Shown: positions 1 through 9,323, numbered from the stretch's first letter. The stretch is 64,000 bases of DNA from Candidatus Krumholzibacteriia bacterium (GCA_041484665.1 JBGPIA010000004.1:197550-261549), one strand, 5' to 3'. Translations and numbers: made by a program. The notes: generated by a model not told the origin, from the letters alone.

Positions 1-85
1 CGTCCCGCTCCGCGCGACCCCGCATTCCTTGCTGCACTCGCTTCTGCCTTCTAGACTTGCGGCATCTCCCGGCAGGAGCCCCGCC

Positions 86-949
86 ATGAGCGACCCCTCC
101 CCACCGTCCAAGCCCGGCCGCGACCGGCTGAGCAACCAGGCCTCCTCGGAGAGCCTCGATGCCGTGTGGACAGCGATCGAGGAGGGGCGCGTGGAAGAGG
201 CCATGGACATCGCCGACACCCTCGGCCGCGAGCATCCCACCGACGGCGAGGTGCACCTGGCGCTCGCCGCGGCGGCCTACGAGGCGGGCGATTCGCCGAC
301 GGCGCTGGAGGCGGCACGCCGGGCCGGCGAGCTGGGGATCGAGGATCCGCAGATGCAGCGCTGGTACGAGGCGGCGGCGCTGTACCAGCTCTGGCAGCTC
401 GACAGCGCGCGGCAGGTCCTCCAGGAGATCGTGCGAGACGATGCCGAGTTCGCCGACGCCTGGTACATGCTGGCGCAGGTGTGCGAGACGCTCCAGGACC
501 AGGTCGGCGCGCGCCGTGGGTACGACCGCGCGTTCGCCATCGAGCCGGACCGCTTCCTCAAGCCCATCCGCATCGATGCGCGCGACCTCGACCGGGTCAT
601 CCTGCAGGCGCGCGGCGATCTGCCTACGGAGTTCCGCAAGGCCCTGGAGGAGGTCCCGGTGGTCGTGCAGCCGCTGCCCACCCTCGAGATGGCGAAGGCG
701 GCGGGCGAAGACGAGCCACCGCTGCCGCCGGATCTGCTGGGCCTGTTCGTGGGCAGCAGCCAGCTCGACCACTCGGTGTTCAATCCGGTGGAGCAGCCCG
801 GAGTGATCTTCCTCTTCCAGACCAACCTCGAGCGCATCTGCCCGGACGAGGAGACGCTCGCCGAAGAGGTCCGCATCACCCTCTACCACGAGCTGGGCCA
901 CTATCTGGGATTCGAAGAGGACGACATGCACCGCATGGGGCTGGAGTGA
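86..949 (+). CDS. TPR-repeat protein with C-terminal Zincin_1-type metallopeptidase domain
   Basis: ATG at 86 after GGAG; helical TPR-like repeats; C-terminal DLLGLFVG...IFLFQ...ITLYHELGHYLG (HExxH). Confidence 0.85.
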   Translation: MSDPSPPSKPGRDRLSNQASSESLDAVWTAIEEGRVEEAMDIADTLGREHPTDGEVHLALAAAAYEAGDSPTALEAARRAGELGIEDPQMQRWYEAAALYQLWQLDSARQVLQEIVRDDAEFADAWYMLAQVCETLQDQVGARRGYDRAFAIEPDRFLKPIRIDARDLDRVILQARGDLPTEFRKALEEVPVVVQPLPTLEMAKAAGEDEPPLPPDLLGLFVGSSQLDHSVFNPVEQPGVIFLFQTNLERICPDEETLAEEVRITLYHELGHYLGFEEDDMHRMGLE

Positions 950-1048
950 TCCCGGCGCTTTGCGAGGGCACCCGCAGGCAGCCCGCGTTCCCCGGGCGCG
1001 CACTCCGGCGCCACGGGCCGTTCCCCTCGTCCTCCCGGGGCTGACCAG

Positions 1049-2755
1049 GTGGCCACCTTCGCCCGCACCCTGGTGACCGCGGCGCTGCCGTACGCCAACG
1101 GCCCGATCCACCTGGGCCATCTGGCCGGCGTGTATCTGCCGGCCGACATCTACGTGCGCCACCTGCGCATGCGCGGTCAGAACGTGCTGTTCATCTGTGG
1201 CACCGACGAGCACGGCGTGCCGATCACGCTGGCCGCCGAGAAGGAGGGCGTGTCGCCCAAGGAGCTGGTGGACCGCAACTACGTCGGCATCCGCGACAGC
1301 TTCGAGCGCCTGGGGATCGCGTTTGACAACTTCAGCCAGACCAGCCGGCCCATCCACTACGAGACCAGCAGCGCGTTCTTCCTCGATCTGCACCGCCAGG
1401 GCGCGCTCAAGCAGGGTGTGACCCGGCAGTTCTACAGCGAGCGGGCCGGGCGTTTCCTGCCCGACCGCTACGTCGAGGGAACCTGTCCCTACTGCGGCAA
1501 CACGCGCGCGCGGGGGGACCAGTGTGAGGCCTGCGGCTCGCAGATGGAGCCCGAGAAGCTCATCGCACCGCACAGCGTCGTGGACGACAGCCCGCTGGCG
1601 TTGCGTGAGACGACCCACTGGTTCTTGGCCCTGGGCGAGATGCAATCCCAGCTGGAGCAGTGGATCCACAGCAAGAGCGACTGGAAGGAGAACGTCGTCC
1701 ATTACTGCAACGGCTGGTTCGCCCAGGGGTTGGGCGACCGTGCCGTGACGCGCGACCTGGACTGGGGAGTGCCCGTGCCGCTGCCCGGCCACGAGGGCAA
1801 GGTGCTCTACGTGTGGTTCGACGCTCCCATCGGGTATATCTCGGCGACCAAGGAGTGGGCGGCGGCCCATGGCGACCCGCAGGGGTGGCGCGTCTGGTGG
1901 CAGGACCCGACCACGCGCCTGCTGCACTTCATCGGCAAGGACAACATCGTCTTCCACGCGCTCTTGTTTCCCGCCATGCTCATGGCGCACAGCGAGCCGT
2001 ATATCCTCCCCGACAACGTCCCGGCCAACGAGTTCCTGAATCTGGAAGGGAAGAAGCTCTCCACCAGCCGCGGCTTCGCAGTCTGGCTGCCCGACTACCT
2101 CGACCGGTTTGCGCCCGACTCGTTGCGCTATTGTCTGGCGCGCAATCTGCCCGAGACGCGCGACACGAGTTTCTCCTGGGACGACTTCCAGGTGCGGCAG
2201 AACAACGAGCTGGCCGACGTCCTGGGCAACTTCGTCAACCGGACGGTGACCTTCGTCGGGCGTTACTTCGACGGGCGCGTGCCGGCCAAGGGCAGCCCGT
2301 CCGTGCGCGATACCGTCGCGCTGGACGCCATCGTGCGCGCGGCGCGCAGCGCCGGGGAGCAGCTCGAGACATTCCAGATCCGCGCCGCCAGCGAGACGCT
2401 GATGCTGCTGGGCAAGGAGGCCAACCGCTACTTCGACGACGCCCAGCCGTGGGCCACGCGCAAGAGCGATCCCGCGGCCTGCGCCACCAGCCTGTGGGTG
2501 TGCTGCCAGTTCGTGCGCGCGTTCGCCGGGCTGTGGGCGAGCTTCCTGCCATTCACCATGCAGAAGCTGTGGGCGGCGCTGGCGATGGAAGGCGACCTGC
2601 GGCGCGAGGGGTGGCCGCTGGGGGATGACGGCCGCCTGATCGAGCTGCCCGCGGGGCATCCGATCGCCTCGCCGGGCATCCTGTTCAAGAAGATCGAGGA
2701 CGCGCAGATCGCTCCGGAGAAGGAGCGGCTCCAGGCCATCCGGGGGCGCGGTTAG
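1049..2755 (+). CDS. metG: Methionine--tRNA ligase, short form lacking the C-terminal tRNA-binding domain
   Basis: TAALPYANGPIHLGH (HIGH), CPYC/CEAC knuckle, YVWFDA, GKDNI, KLSTS (KMSKS-like); 568 aa. Confidence 0.97.
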   Translation: MATFARTLVTAALPYANGPIHLGHLAGVYLPADIYVRHLRMRGQNVLFICGTDEHGVPITLAAEKEGVSPKELVDRNYVGIRDSFERLGIAFDNFSQTSRPIHYETSSAFFLDLHRQGALKQGVTRQFYSERAGRFLPDRYVEGTCPYCGNTRARGDQCEACGSQMEPEKLIAPHSVVDDSPLALRETTHWFLALGEMQSQLEQWIHSKSDWKENVVHYCNGWFAQGLGDRAVTRDLDWGVPVPLPGHEGKVLYVWFDAPIGYISATKEWAAAHGDPQGWRVWWQDPTTRLLHFIGKDNIVFHALLFPAMLMAHSEPYILPDNVPANEFLNLEGKKLSTSRGFAVWLPDYLDRFAPDSLRYCLARNLPETRDTSFSWDDFQVRQNNELADVLGNFVNRTVTFVGRYFDGRVPAKGSPSVRDTVALDAIVRAARSAGEQLETFQIRAASETLMLLGKEANRYFDDAQPWATRKSDPAACATSLWVCCQFVRAFAGLWASFLPFTMQKLWAALAMEGDLRREGWPLGDDGRLIELPAGHPIASPGILFKKIEDAQIAPEKERLQAIRGRG

Positions 2756-2866
2756 CGCCTGAACTGGGCGTGCGCTGTGCGCGCGGCCGGGTCCACCCAC
2801 ACGCCGCGCATGAGCGACAGGTCGACGTCGCAGCCGCGTCTCCAGCTGTTCGGTGGCGCTTTGCAG

Positions 2867-2995
2867 TCACCGCCCACTGGGGGCTCCGGCTCGGCCGCTC
2901 TCGATGGCGCCTGCGAACGCCGCGAGCGCGGCGCGCAGGAGAGCCGTGTTCGAGGAGGCGAGCCTCAGACTTCCCGAGATGGCAAGGATGCGCAT
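2867..2995 (-). pseudogene. Internally deleted NADPH-dependent FMN reductase remnant (42 aa)
   Basis: Own translation MRILAISGSLRLASSNTALLRAALAAFAGAIESGRAGAPSGR*; GSLR..S.N flavin-binding N-terminus; GGGGAG RBS; not in the ORF track. Confidence 0.7.
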
Positions 2996-3024
2996 GGTCG
3001 CAGACTCCCCCAGCGAATGCAGGA

Positions 3025-3651
3025 TCAGGCTGGGCGACTTCGTCGCTGCTTCGCCGAGCTGGACTCGATCTCGCTCACCGCGTTGCGGTCACCGCTCGAC
3101 GCAGGCACGTCCCAGGCGTCTGCCCTGCGGCGATCCCTTAGTCGCACGCAGGCCTCTTGATCCGCGGGCCGGACGCAGTCGCAGCCGATGCGCTCCCAGT
3201 CCGGGTCCGCGGGATCCAAGCCCAGCAACCGGATCGCGTCCGCTCCACAGACGAAGAACTGACTCCGGTAGGGCAGGAGATACCCACCCTCGGCTTCCAA
3301 CGACGCCCGCGCTTCTTCGTAGCTGGAGAACCAGCGATTCAGGAAAGCATCCATGCCGCGCGCATACCACGACTCGCTCCGCGGGGCAGCCGACTCGAGC
3401 GCCGCCTTCAGTGCGCCCCATGATGCGTAGCCACTTTCTTGCGCGATGACCGCGAGGGCGTGCTTCAGCCGCACGCGGTCGCGGTCATGGGCGAACTCGG
3501 GCCCGGCCGTGCCAGAGAACGAGCGAAGCCGCAGAAACCGCTCCCTGGCGGTCGCCGACTCTGCTGGATTGCCTGAGCGGAGCTGCTTGAGGAGGCGCCG
3601 CGCGTGCGCGCGATAAGCAGTGAGGCGTTTCGGTCCTTCGCGACTTTCCAC
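3025..3651 (-). CDS. Hypothetical protein with N-terminal helical motif (ARRLLK...ALAVIAQESGYASW)
   Basis: GTG at 3651 with AAGGAG RBS; motif recalls the N-termini of glyoxalase-superfamily and ankyrin-associated proteins. Confidence 0.7.
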   Translation of the reverse strand: MESREGPKRLTAYRAHARRLLKQLRSGNPAESATARERFLRLRSFSGTAGPEFAHDRDRVRLKHALAVIAQESGYASWGALKAALESAAPRSESWYARGMDAFLNRWFSSYEEARASLEAEGGYLLPYRSQFFVCGADAIRLLGLDPADPDWERIGCDCVRPADQEACVRLRDRRRADAWDVPASSGDRNAVSEIESSSAKQRRSRPA

Positions 3652-3783
3652 AATGGACTCCTTGGTGTCCGCTGCGTTGAGCCCGACCGACCGCAGCAAC
3701 CAGGGAGTTCGCGAGGAACCGCCCCGAACATGCAACGAGGGTGAGAAATTCTTTCGCGGGCGCAGGCGCCCCTCAGCGCCTGC
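3652..3783 (-). promoter_or_regulatory. Structured 5' leader (candidate cis-regulatory RNA) with SD-sequestering hairpin
   Basis: 5' hairpin GCAGGCGC/GCGCCUGC (3762-3783); 3' hairpin CUCCCUGGU-UGCUGCG...CGCAGCG-ACCAAGGAG (3658-3707) pairs the SD. Confidence 0.55.
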
Positions 3784-3788
3784 ACGTG

Positions 3789-3817
3789 AGGATAGCCGGT
3801 GGAGGTGGACGCGTCAA
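3789..3817 (-). promoter_or_regulatory. Sigma70-type promoter
   Basis: TTGACG-17 bp-TATCCT on the minus strand. Confidence 0.7.
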
Positions 3818-3862
3818 TGCCCGCTGGCCCCGATCGAAGCGGGAGCCCGCTCCCGTCTCTCG

Positions 3863-4459
3863 TCAATCGGCTCCGGTGCAGACGACAAAATCGGCAGCCT
3901 CTCGAGCTCTGTGCTCGATGATGTACCGGTCCAGATCGGGCATCCACTCGGACTCCCATCGGTCGCGCGCGGCTTCGCCGTCGCGCTCGATCCCCCTGGC
4001 CAAGCGCAACTCCCTTGGACACTCGACCCAGATCCTCAGATCGTACAGGCGCGCCAGCTCCTTGCGCGGCGAGTAGACCCCCTCGACGATGACCACGCCA
4101 CCTGGGGCGAGCTCGCACGTCTTTGCCAAGGCGTCTGCATTCCAGTCGAATCTGGGACACTTTGCGGGTTGACCCTCCCGAATGGGCATCAAGACCTGTT
4201 CGAGAAGGCGCTCCCAATCGAAGTCGGAGCCGATCGGTTTCTCGTGTGCTACTCCCGTCCAGCGCTCTGCGGAATTCTTGAAGAAATCGTCGAAGCGGAC
4301 GCTGGCGCTACGCTGGGCGGCGCGTTCGAGCGCGCTCGCCAGCCGGGTCGCCAACGTCGTCTTGCCGACGCCGCCCGGTCCGTCGATACCCACGAGGATC
4401 GTGAGCCCTCACCTGCGCAGTGCCGCACGGCGATCGACGATTTCGGGCAGGTGGTCCAA
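3863..4459 (-). pseudogene. Uridine kinase-like P-loop kinase with in-frame TGA near the N-terminus (could still be made from GTG 4393)
   Basis: TTG 4459 with GGAAGG RBS gives MDHLPEIVDRRAALRR*GLTILVGIDGPGGVGKTT; TGA at 4409-4411; DDFF and VIVEGVYS motifs. Confidence 0.65.
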
Positions 4460-4615
4460 GAACCTTCCCTGTCGCCCCGACGCACGGGCAGTCAGCCGCT
4501 CAAGCCAGCCGAGCGGTTTTGCGGGGCATCGATTGCAAAGCCCTCCGGGACAGGCCCGGTCCCGTTCTACCCGGGGTCGGCCGGACGGGCAAGCTGACCC
4601 GCCCGTAGTGGCCCT

Positions 4616-4783
4616 TCAATGGTTGAGCATGTACAAGCCCACGACCAACAGCGACAGTGCATCAGCCCACAACAGTGGCGTGCTCCGCCCGCTTGCCTTC
4701 CACGTCCCTACCAAGCCGACCCCCAAACCCGCCACACTCAGAGACAGCATCGCTGCGGCGACTCAGCGGATGTTTGCGCTCAA
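4616..4783 (-). pseudogene. Small two-TM membrane protein with in-frame TGA
   Basis: GGAGG then TTG: MSANIR*VAAAMLSLSVAGLGVGLVGTWKASGRSTPLLWADALSLLVVGLYMLNH*. Confidence 0.4.
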
Positions 4784-5004
4784 TAAGAGTTGCCTCCAAT
4801 TTTATCGCGGTCCAGGACTCTGGCGTCCATGTGGAATGTGGCGAGGCGGAGCAGGAAACGCCCGATCGACGGCTCCTCTCACATGATGTCGACATTGGTG
4901 ATCCAGGACGGGACGGACACGAGATCCGCCGAGCCTTCCCCGACGACTTGATTGGCGACGTTGCCGGCCTCGCTCCTGGCGTAGCGTGTCTCTGGGTACT
5001 GCAC
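4780..5004 (-). pseudogene. N-terminal fragment of a LipJ-like alpha/beta-hydrolase (hydrolase-adenylate cyclase family)
   Basis: VQYPETRYARSEAGNVANQVVGEGSADLVSVPSWITNVDIM*EEPSIGRFLLRLATF; TGA 4879-4881 replaces the W of MWEEP; truncated afterwards. Confidence 0.75.
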
Positions 5005-5103
5005 AGCAGTCGTCTGGTTTCCCTGACGGCCCAACTTGAATTGGCCGGAACACGCCATTCTCCCGCCCGTGGCGCCACCACGCCGTGCGCTCCCCCCGGC
5101 GCC

Positions 5104-6135
5104 TCACGGCTTTGTCGCGACACCCGCCCCCACGCGGCGCATCAGCATCGCCTTCTCCTTCTCCGGGAGAAACGCTGAGTCCACCGCCGTCCGCTGCCAC
5201 CGCGCCAGCTCCGCTGTGGTCGCCCCCCACTCCACCGCCACCGCCCGCTCGCCCAAGAGCGAGCTCTCGAAAAACGCTGGGTCGTCGCTGCCCAACGCGA
5301 TCCGCACCCCCGCCCTCGCCAGCCGCAGCAACGGATGTGGTCCCCCGCGCTGGGCCGGGTCCCAAGCCGCCGTCCGCAAGTTGCTCGTGGGACACACCTC
5401 CAGAACGACGTCGCGGCACACCAGATCGGCGACGAGTTTGGGATCCTCGATGGCGCTGATGCCATGACCGATGCGCGTCACGCGCAGCTCTTCGTGCGCC
5501 TCGCGCACGGCCTGCGGCGATGTCCCCTCGCCGGCGTGGCAGGTGACGCCGAGCCTCGCCTCCCGCGCACGGTCGAACACGCCGCGGAAGTCCGCCGCCG
5601 GCAGCGCCCGCTCGTCGCCACCCATCCCGAACCCGACGATTCGGCAGTCGCCCGCCAGCTCGCGCGCGACGTCGACCACCCGCTGCGCCGCGGCCGGTCC
5701 CAGCTGCCGCGTGGCGTCGGCGATGAAGCGCACGTCGGGCCCGCCCACCCTGGCGCGCGCGCCCGCGACCGCCGCCAGGTGCGGCAACACCCGCGCGGGA
5801 TCGATTCCTGCCAGGAGCATCTGCCCCACCGAGACGAACGCCTCGGCGTAGACGACATTCTGGCGCTCCAGCGCGCCGAGCAGGTCCTCCAGCACCTCGC
5901 CGTAGACCTGCGGGCCGTCCAGCAGCCGCGTCATCCACCCGAACAGCTTCAGGAACTCCGGCAGGGTCGAAAAACGCCAGCCGGCGGGCGTCAAGCCGCC
6001 CGCGGGCGGCGGGGGCACGCCCTTTGCCCTCGCCCACAAGGCGGAGGCACGCGTGGCCGTAATCGCGCCCTCCAGATGGAGATGCAACTCCACCAGCGGA
6101 GGTCCGGCGGAAGGATCTGCCTGTGTGGAGGTCAA
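5104..6135 (-). CDS. add: Adenosine/adenine deaminase family protein
   Basis: ELHLHLEG, CHAGE, RIGHG, EVCPTSN, SDDP motifs; TTG 6135 after GAGG. Confidence 0.9.
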   Translation of the reverse strand: MTSTQADPSAGPPLVELHLHLEGAITATRASALWARAKGVPPPPAGGLTPAGWRFSTLPEFLKLFGWMTRLLDGPQVYGEVLEDLLGALERQNVVYAEAFVSVGQMLLAGIDPARVLPHLAAVAGARARVGGPDVRFIADATRQLGPAAAQRVVDVARELAGDCRIVGFGMGGDERALPAADFRGVFDRAREARLGVTCHAGEGTSPQAVREAHEELRVTRIGHGISAIEDPKLVADLVCRDVVLEVCPTSNLRTAAWDPAQRGGPHPLLRLARAGVRIALGSDDPAFFESSLLGERAVAVEWGATTAELARWQRTAVDSAFLPEKEKAMLMRRVGAGVATKP

Positions 6136-6179
6136 TTCTGTCCGCCTCTTCGTCCTCTGCGCCGCGCTGGGAGCACCGG

Positions 6180-8075
6180 ATGCCGCGTTCGTTGGGCCTC
6201 GTCCTCGTCGAAGCCGGTCACCTCGACCGCGCCGCGCTGGACGCGTTGCAGCGCGAGACGGGCGGCGATGACCGCGCACTGGCGGCCCGCCTGCTGGAGC
6301 GCGGCCTCGTCGACCGTGCGGCCCTGCTGAAGGCACGCGCCAAGGCTCTGGGCGTCTCGGCGGTCGAGATCGATCCCTACAGTATCGACCCGGCGATCGT
6401 CGAGATCGTTCCCGAGCAGCTGGCGCGCCGGATCAGGGCCATCGCGCTGTTCCGCGTCGGCATGGACCTCACGCTGGCCATGGCCGACCCCTCCGACATC
6501 GTGGCCATCGACCTCGCGCGCGACGCGACCGGCTGCGAGATCCAGCCGGTGCTCGCCGCCGAGGAGGACATCCAGCGCGCCATCGCCCTCTACTACGACA
6601 TCGACGTCTCGATCCGCAACCTGGCCGCCGAGGAGACGGGCATCCTCGATAGCGGCGCGGGGGCGGAGCACCCCGGGTCGGCCCAGGAGCTGACGCTCGA
6701 AGACATGCCGGCCGACGGCGCGCCCGTCGTGCGCATGGTGAACCTCGTCCTGCTGAAGGCCGTGCGCGGCGGCGCCAGCGACATCCACATCGAGCCCGAC
6801 AGCGACGGCCTGCGGATCCGCTACCGCGTCGACGGCCGCCTGCGCGAGGAGCACAAGCTGCCGCTGGCGCTGCACGCGGCGCTGGTGAGCCGCATCAAGG
6901 TGCTCGCCGATCTCGACCTGGCCCAGAAGCGCCTGCCGCAGGACGGCCGCCTCAGCATCAAGGCCGAGAGTCGCAAGATCGATCTGCGCATCAGCACGCT
7001 GCCCACCATCAAGGGCGAGAAGGTCGTGATGCGACTGCTGGACAAGGGCAGCGCCATGCCCAGCATCGACACCCTCGGCCTGTCGGCCGCCAACCTGCAG
7101 CACTGGAAGCAGCTCATCGACCGGCCCAACGGCATCGTGCTGGTCACCGGCCCCACGGGCAGCGGTAAGACCACCACGCTGTACGCCTCGCTGCTGGCCA
7201 TCAACACCCTCGACCGCAACATCGTCACCGTCGAGGACCCCGTCGAGTACGACTTCCCGGTGATGAACCAGGTGCAAGTGAACCCCAAGGGCGGCCTCAC
7301 ATTCGCCACCGCCTTGCGCAGCATCCTGCGCCAGGATCCCAACGTGGTGATGGTCGGCGAGATCCGCGACGGCGAGACGGCCTCGATCGCCATCCGCGCA
7401 GCGCTCACGGGGCACCTCGTCGTCTCGACGCTGCACACCAACGACGCCCCCAGTGCCGCCACGCGCCTGATCGATATGGGCGTGGAGCCATACCTGCTGG
7501 CCAGCGCGCTCAAGGGGATCCTGGCCCAGCGATTGGTGCGCCGCATCTGCCCCCATTGCGTGAAGCCGGCCGCGCTGGACTCCGAGCAGGTGCCCGTGGA
7601 GCTGGGCGACTGGCTGCGGCAACAGGGCATCCAGCCCCACTGCGGCGCCGGCTGCCGCCACTGCCATGGCACCGGCTTCGCAGGTCGCGTCGCCATCCAC
7701 GAGCTGCTCGTGATCGACGAGGAGATCGAGCGCTGCATCGTGCGCACGATGCCGACCGCCGACGTGCGCGCGATCGCGCGTCGGCGCGGGATGGTCGACC
7801 TGTTCAGCGACGGCATGGAGAAGGTGCGCGCGCGGCTGACCACCGCCAGCGAGGTGCTGGTGGCCACGCGCATGGGCGCCGAGAGCGACGCCGCCGGGAG
7901 CAGTGGCGACGGCCGCGGCACCGACGACCACAACAGCGGCGCCCGCAGCGCCGACGCCCGCGCCACTGACCCTCGCGCCATCGACCCGCGCAGCGTCGAC
8001 CCCCGTGGCGTCGGCCCCCGCCCCAACATTCCCCTGACCCCGATCGCGGAGCCGAGCGTGCATGGCGCTGTATGA
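6180..8075 (+). CDS. pilB: GspE/PilB family assembly ATPase
   Basis: ASDIHIEP, GPTGSGKTTT, EDPVE, LRQDP.VVMVGEIRD, STLHTND, CPHC/CRHC Zn motif; MshEN-like N-terminus. Confidence 0.93.
   Translation: MPRSLGLVLVEAGHLDRAALDALQRETGGDDRALAARLLERGLVDRAALLKARAKALGVSAVEIDPYSIDPAIVEIVPEQLARRIRAIALFRVGMDLTLAMADPSDIVAIDLARDATGCEIQPVLAAEEDIQRAIALYYDIDVSIRNLAAEETGILDSGAGAEHPGSAQELTLEDMPADGAPVVRMVNLVLLKAVRGGASDIHIEPDSDGLRIRYRVDGRLREEHKLPLALHAALVSRIKVLADLDLAQKRLPQDGRLSIKAESRKIDLRISTLPTIKGEKVVMRLLDKGSAMPSIDTLGLSAANLQHWKQLIDRPNGIVLVTGPTGSGKTTTLYASLLAINTLDRNIVTVEDPVEYDFPVMNQVQVNPKGGLTFATALRSILRQDPNVVMVGEIRDGETASIAIRAALTGHLVVSTLHTNDAPSAATRLIDMGVEPYLLASALKGILAQRLVRRICPHCVKPAALDSEQVPVELGDWLRQQGIQPHCGAGCRHCHGTGFAGRVAIHELLVIDEEIERCIVRTMPTADVRAIARRRGMVDLFSDGMEKVRARLTTASEVLVATRMGAESDAAGSSGDGRGTDDHNSGARSADARATDPRAIDPRSVDPRGVGPRPNIPLTPIAEPSVHGAV
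7941..8020 (+). repeat. Degenerate 15-bp (5-aa) tandem repeats in the ATPase tail
   Basis: ARSAD-ARATD-PRAID-PRSVD-PRGVG-PR. Confidence 0.7.
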
Positions 8076-9273
8076 CTACATCGCGCTGACAGCCTCCGGC
8101 GAGGAGGTGCACGGCGTGCTGCAGGGCCCCAGCCCGGCCTGGGTCGGCACGCACCTGCGCCAGCGTCAGCTCGTTCCCCTCGAGGTCACGCCTGCGCGGC
8201 CGCGCGAGGGGTCGCTGGCGCAGCTGCGCCGCCACCTGCCCGTCACCCCCGACGACCTTGCGCTTCTGAGCAGCCAGTGCGCCGTGATGCTGGAGGCCGG
8301 CGTCCCGATCGTCGCCGCCCTGGAGCTCTTGGCCGACAACAACTCGAAGGTCCGCCTGCGCAACGGCCTGCAGCAGGCGGTCGGCGTGGTGCGCGACGGC
8401 GGCAGCTTGCACGAGGGGCTGACGCAAAGCCGTCTCTTCCCCGGCGTCTACCTCGACATGATCCGCGCGGCGGAGACCGGCGGCACGCTTGCGCGGACCA
8501 TGAAGCAGCTGGCGACCTACCTCGACCGCGAGTGCGAGATGCGCGGCAAGCTGCAGAAGGCTCTCGCCTACCCCGCGTTCCTGGTGGTGCTCAGCCTGGG
8601 GGTGGTCACCTTCCTCCTGGTCGCCATCATCCCGCGCTTCACGCACATCCTCGCCAACCTGGGCGTACAGCTGCCCTGGCCCACGCGCGCGCTGATCGCC
8701 CTGAGCAAGGTGGTCACGCGGGGCTGGCCATTGCTGCTGCTGCTGGCCGTGGGCGGCATCGCCGCCGTCGCATGGGCGGTGCGCGACCCGCGCGCACGCG
8801 CGCGCCTGGACGCCGCTCTGCTGCGGCTGCCCCTGCTTGGCGAGCTGGTGGCCAAGAACGCGCTGGCGCGCATGACCTACGTGCTGAGTTCGCTGCTGTC
8901 GGCGGGCATCCCGCTGGCGGAAGCCATGGCGGTGAGCGCGTCGACCGCGGGCAACCGCAGCCTCGCCGCGGCGCTCGCCCGCGCCCGCCGCGAGATCCTC
9001 ACCGGCGCTAGCATTTCGGAGGCGCTGGCCACCACGGGCGCGTTTCCACCGCTGGTGATCCAGATGGTCGTGATCGGTGAGAGCGCGGGCAACCTCGACA
9101 TGGTGCTCGCCCGCGTATGCGACCTCTACGACCAGCAGGTGGACCGGGTCATGCGCACGGTCGTCTCACTGGTGGAGCCGTCACTGATCGTCGTCTTGGG
9201 CGGCGTCGTCGGGTTCATTGCGCTGTCGTTGGTGCTGCCGATGGTCAAGGCCGTCTCGGCCATCGGCGGATAG
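8062..9273 (+). CDS. pilC: GspF/PilC family inner-membrane platform protein
   Basis: MLEAGVPI, AAETGGTL, ALAYP, GESAGNLD, SLVEP; three TM segments. Confidence 0.93.
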   Translation: MALYDYIALTASGEEVHGVLQGPSPAWVGTHLRQRQLVPLEVTPARPREGSLAQLRRHLPVTPDDLALLSSQCAVMLEAGVPIVAALELLADNNSKVRLRNGLQQAVGVVRDGGSLHEGLTQSRLFPGVYLDMIRAAETGGTLARTMKQLATYLDRECEMRGKLQKALAYPAFLVVLSLGVVTFLLVAIIPRFTHILANLGVQLPWPTRALIALSKVVTRGWPLLLLLAVGGIAAVAWAVRDPRARARLDAALLRLPLLGELVAKNALARMTYVLSSLLSAGIPLAEAMAVSASTAGNRSLAAALARARREILTGASISEALATTGAFPPLVIQMVVIGESAGNLDMVLARVCDLYDQQVDRVMRTVVSLVEPSLIVVLGGVVGFIALSLVLPMVKAVSAIGG

Positions 9274-9323
9274 GGGCTTCCACGGAGGAAGGCAGGCCCC
9301 GGCGAGACACCAAGGACCGGGGC

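Noticed and set aside
1049..2755. metG truncation as a pseudogene
   Set aside because: Monomeric MetRS without the C-terminal domain is a known natural form and all catalytic motifs are present
4496..4628. Intact attC site
   Set aside because: Inverse core present but the matching core is imperfect and inner L boxes cannot be paired convincingly; the hairpin at 4496-4520 looks more like a plus-strand terminator
4409..4881. Selenocysteine or genome-wide UGA recoding
   Set aside because: TGA ends many core genes here, positions are not Cys-equivalent, and no SECIS-like hairpin is evident
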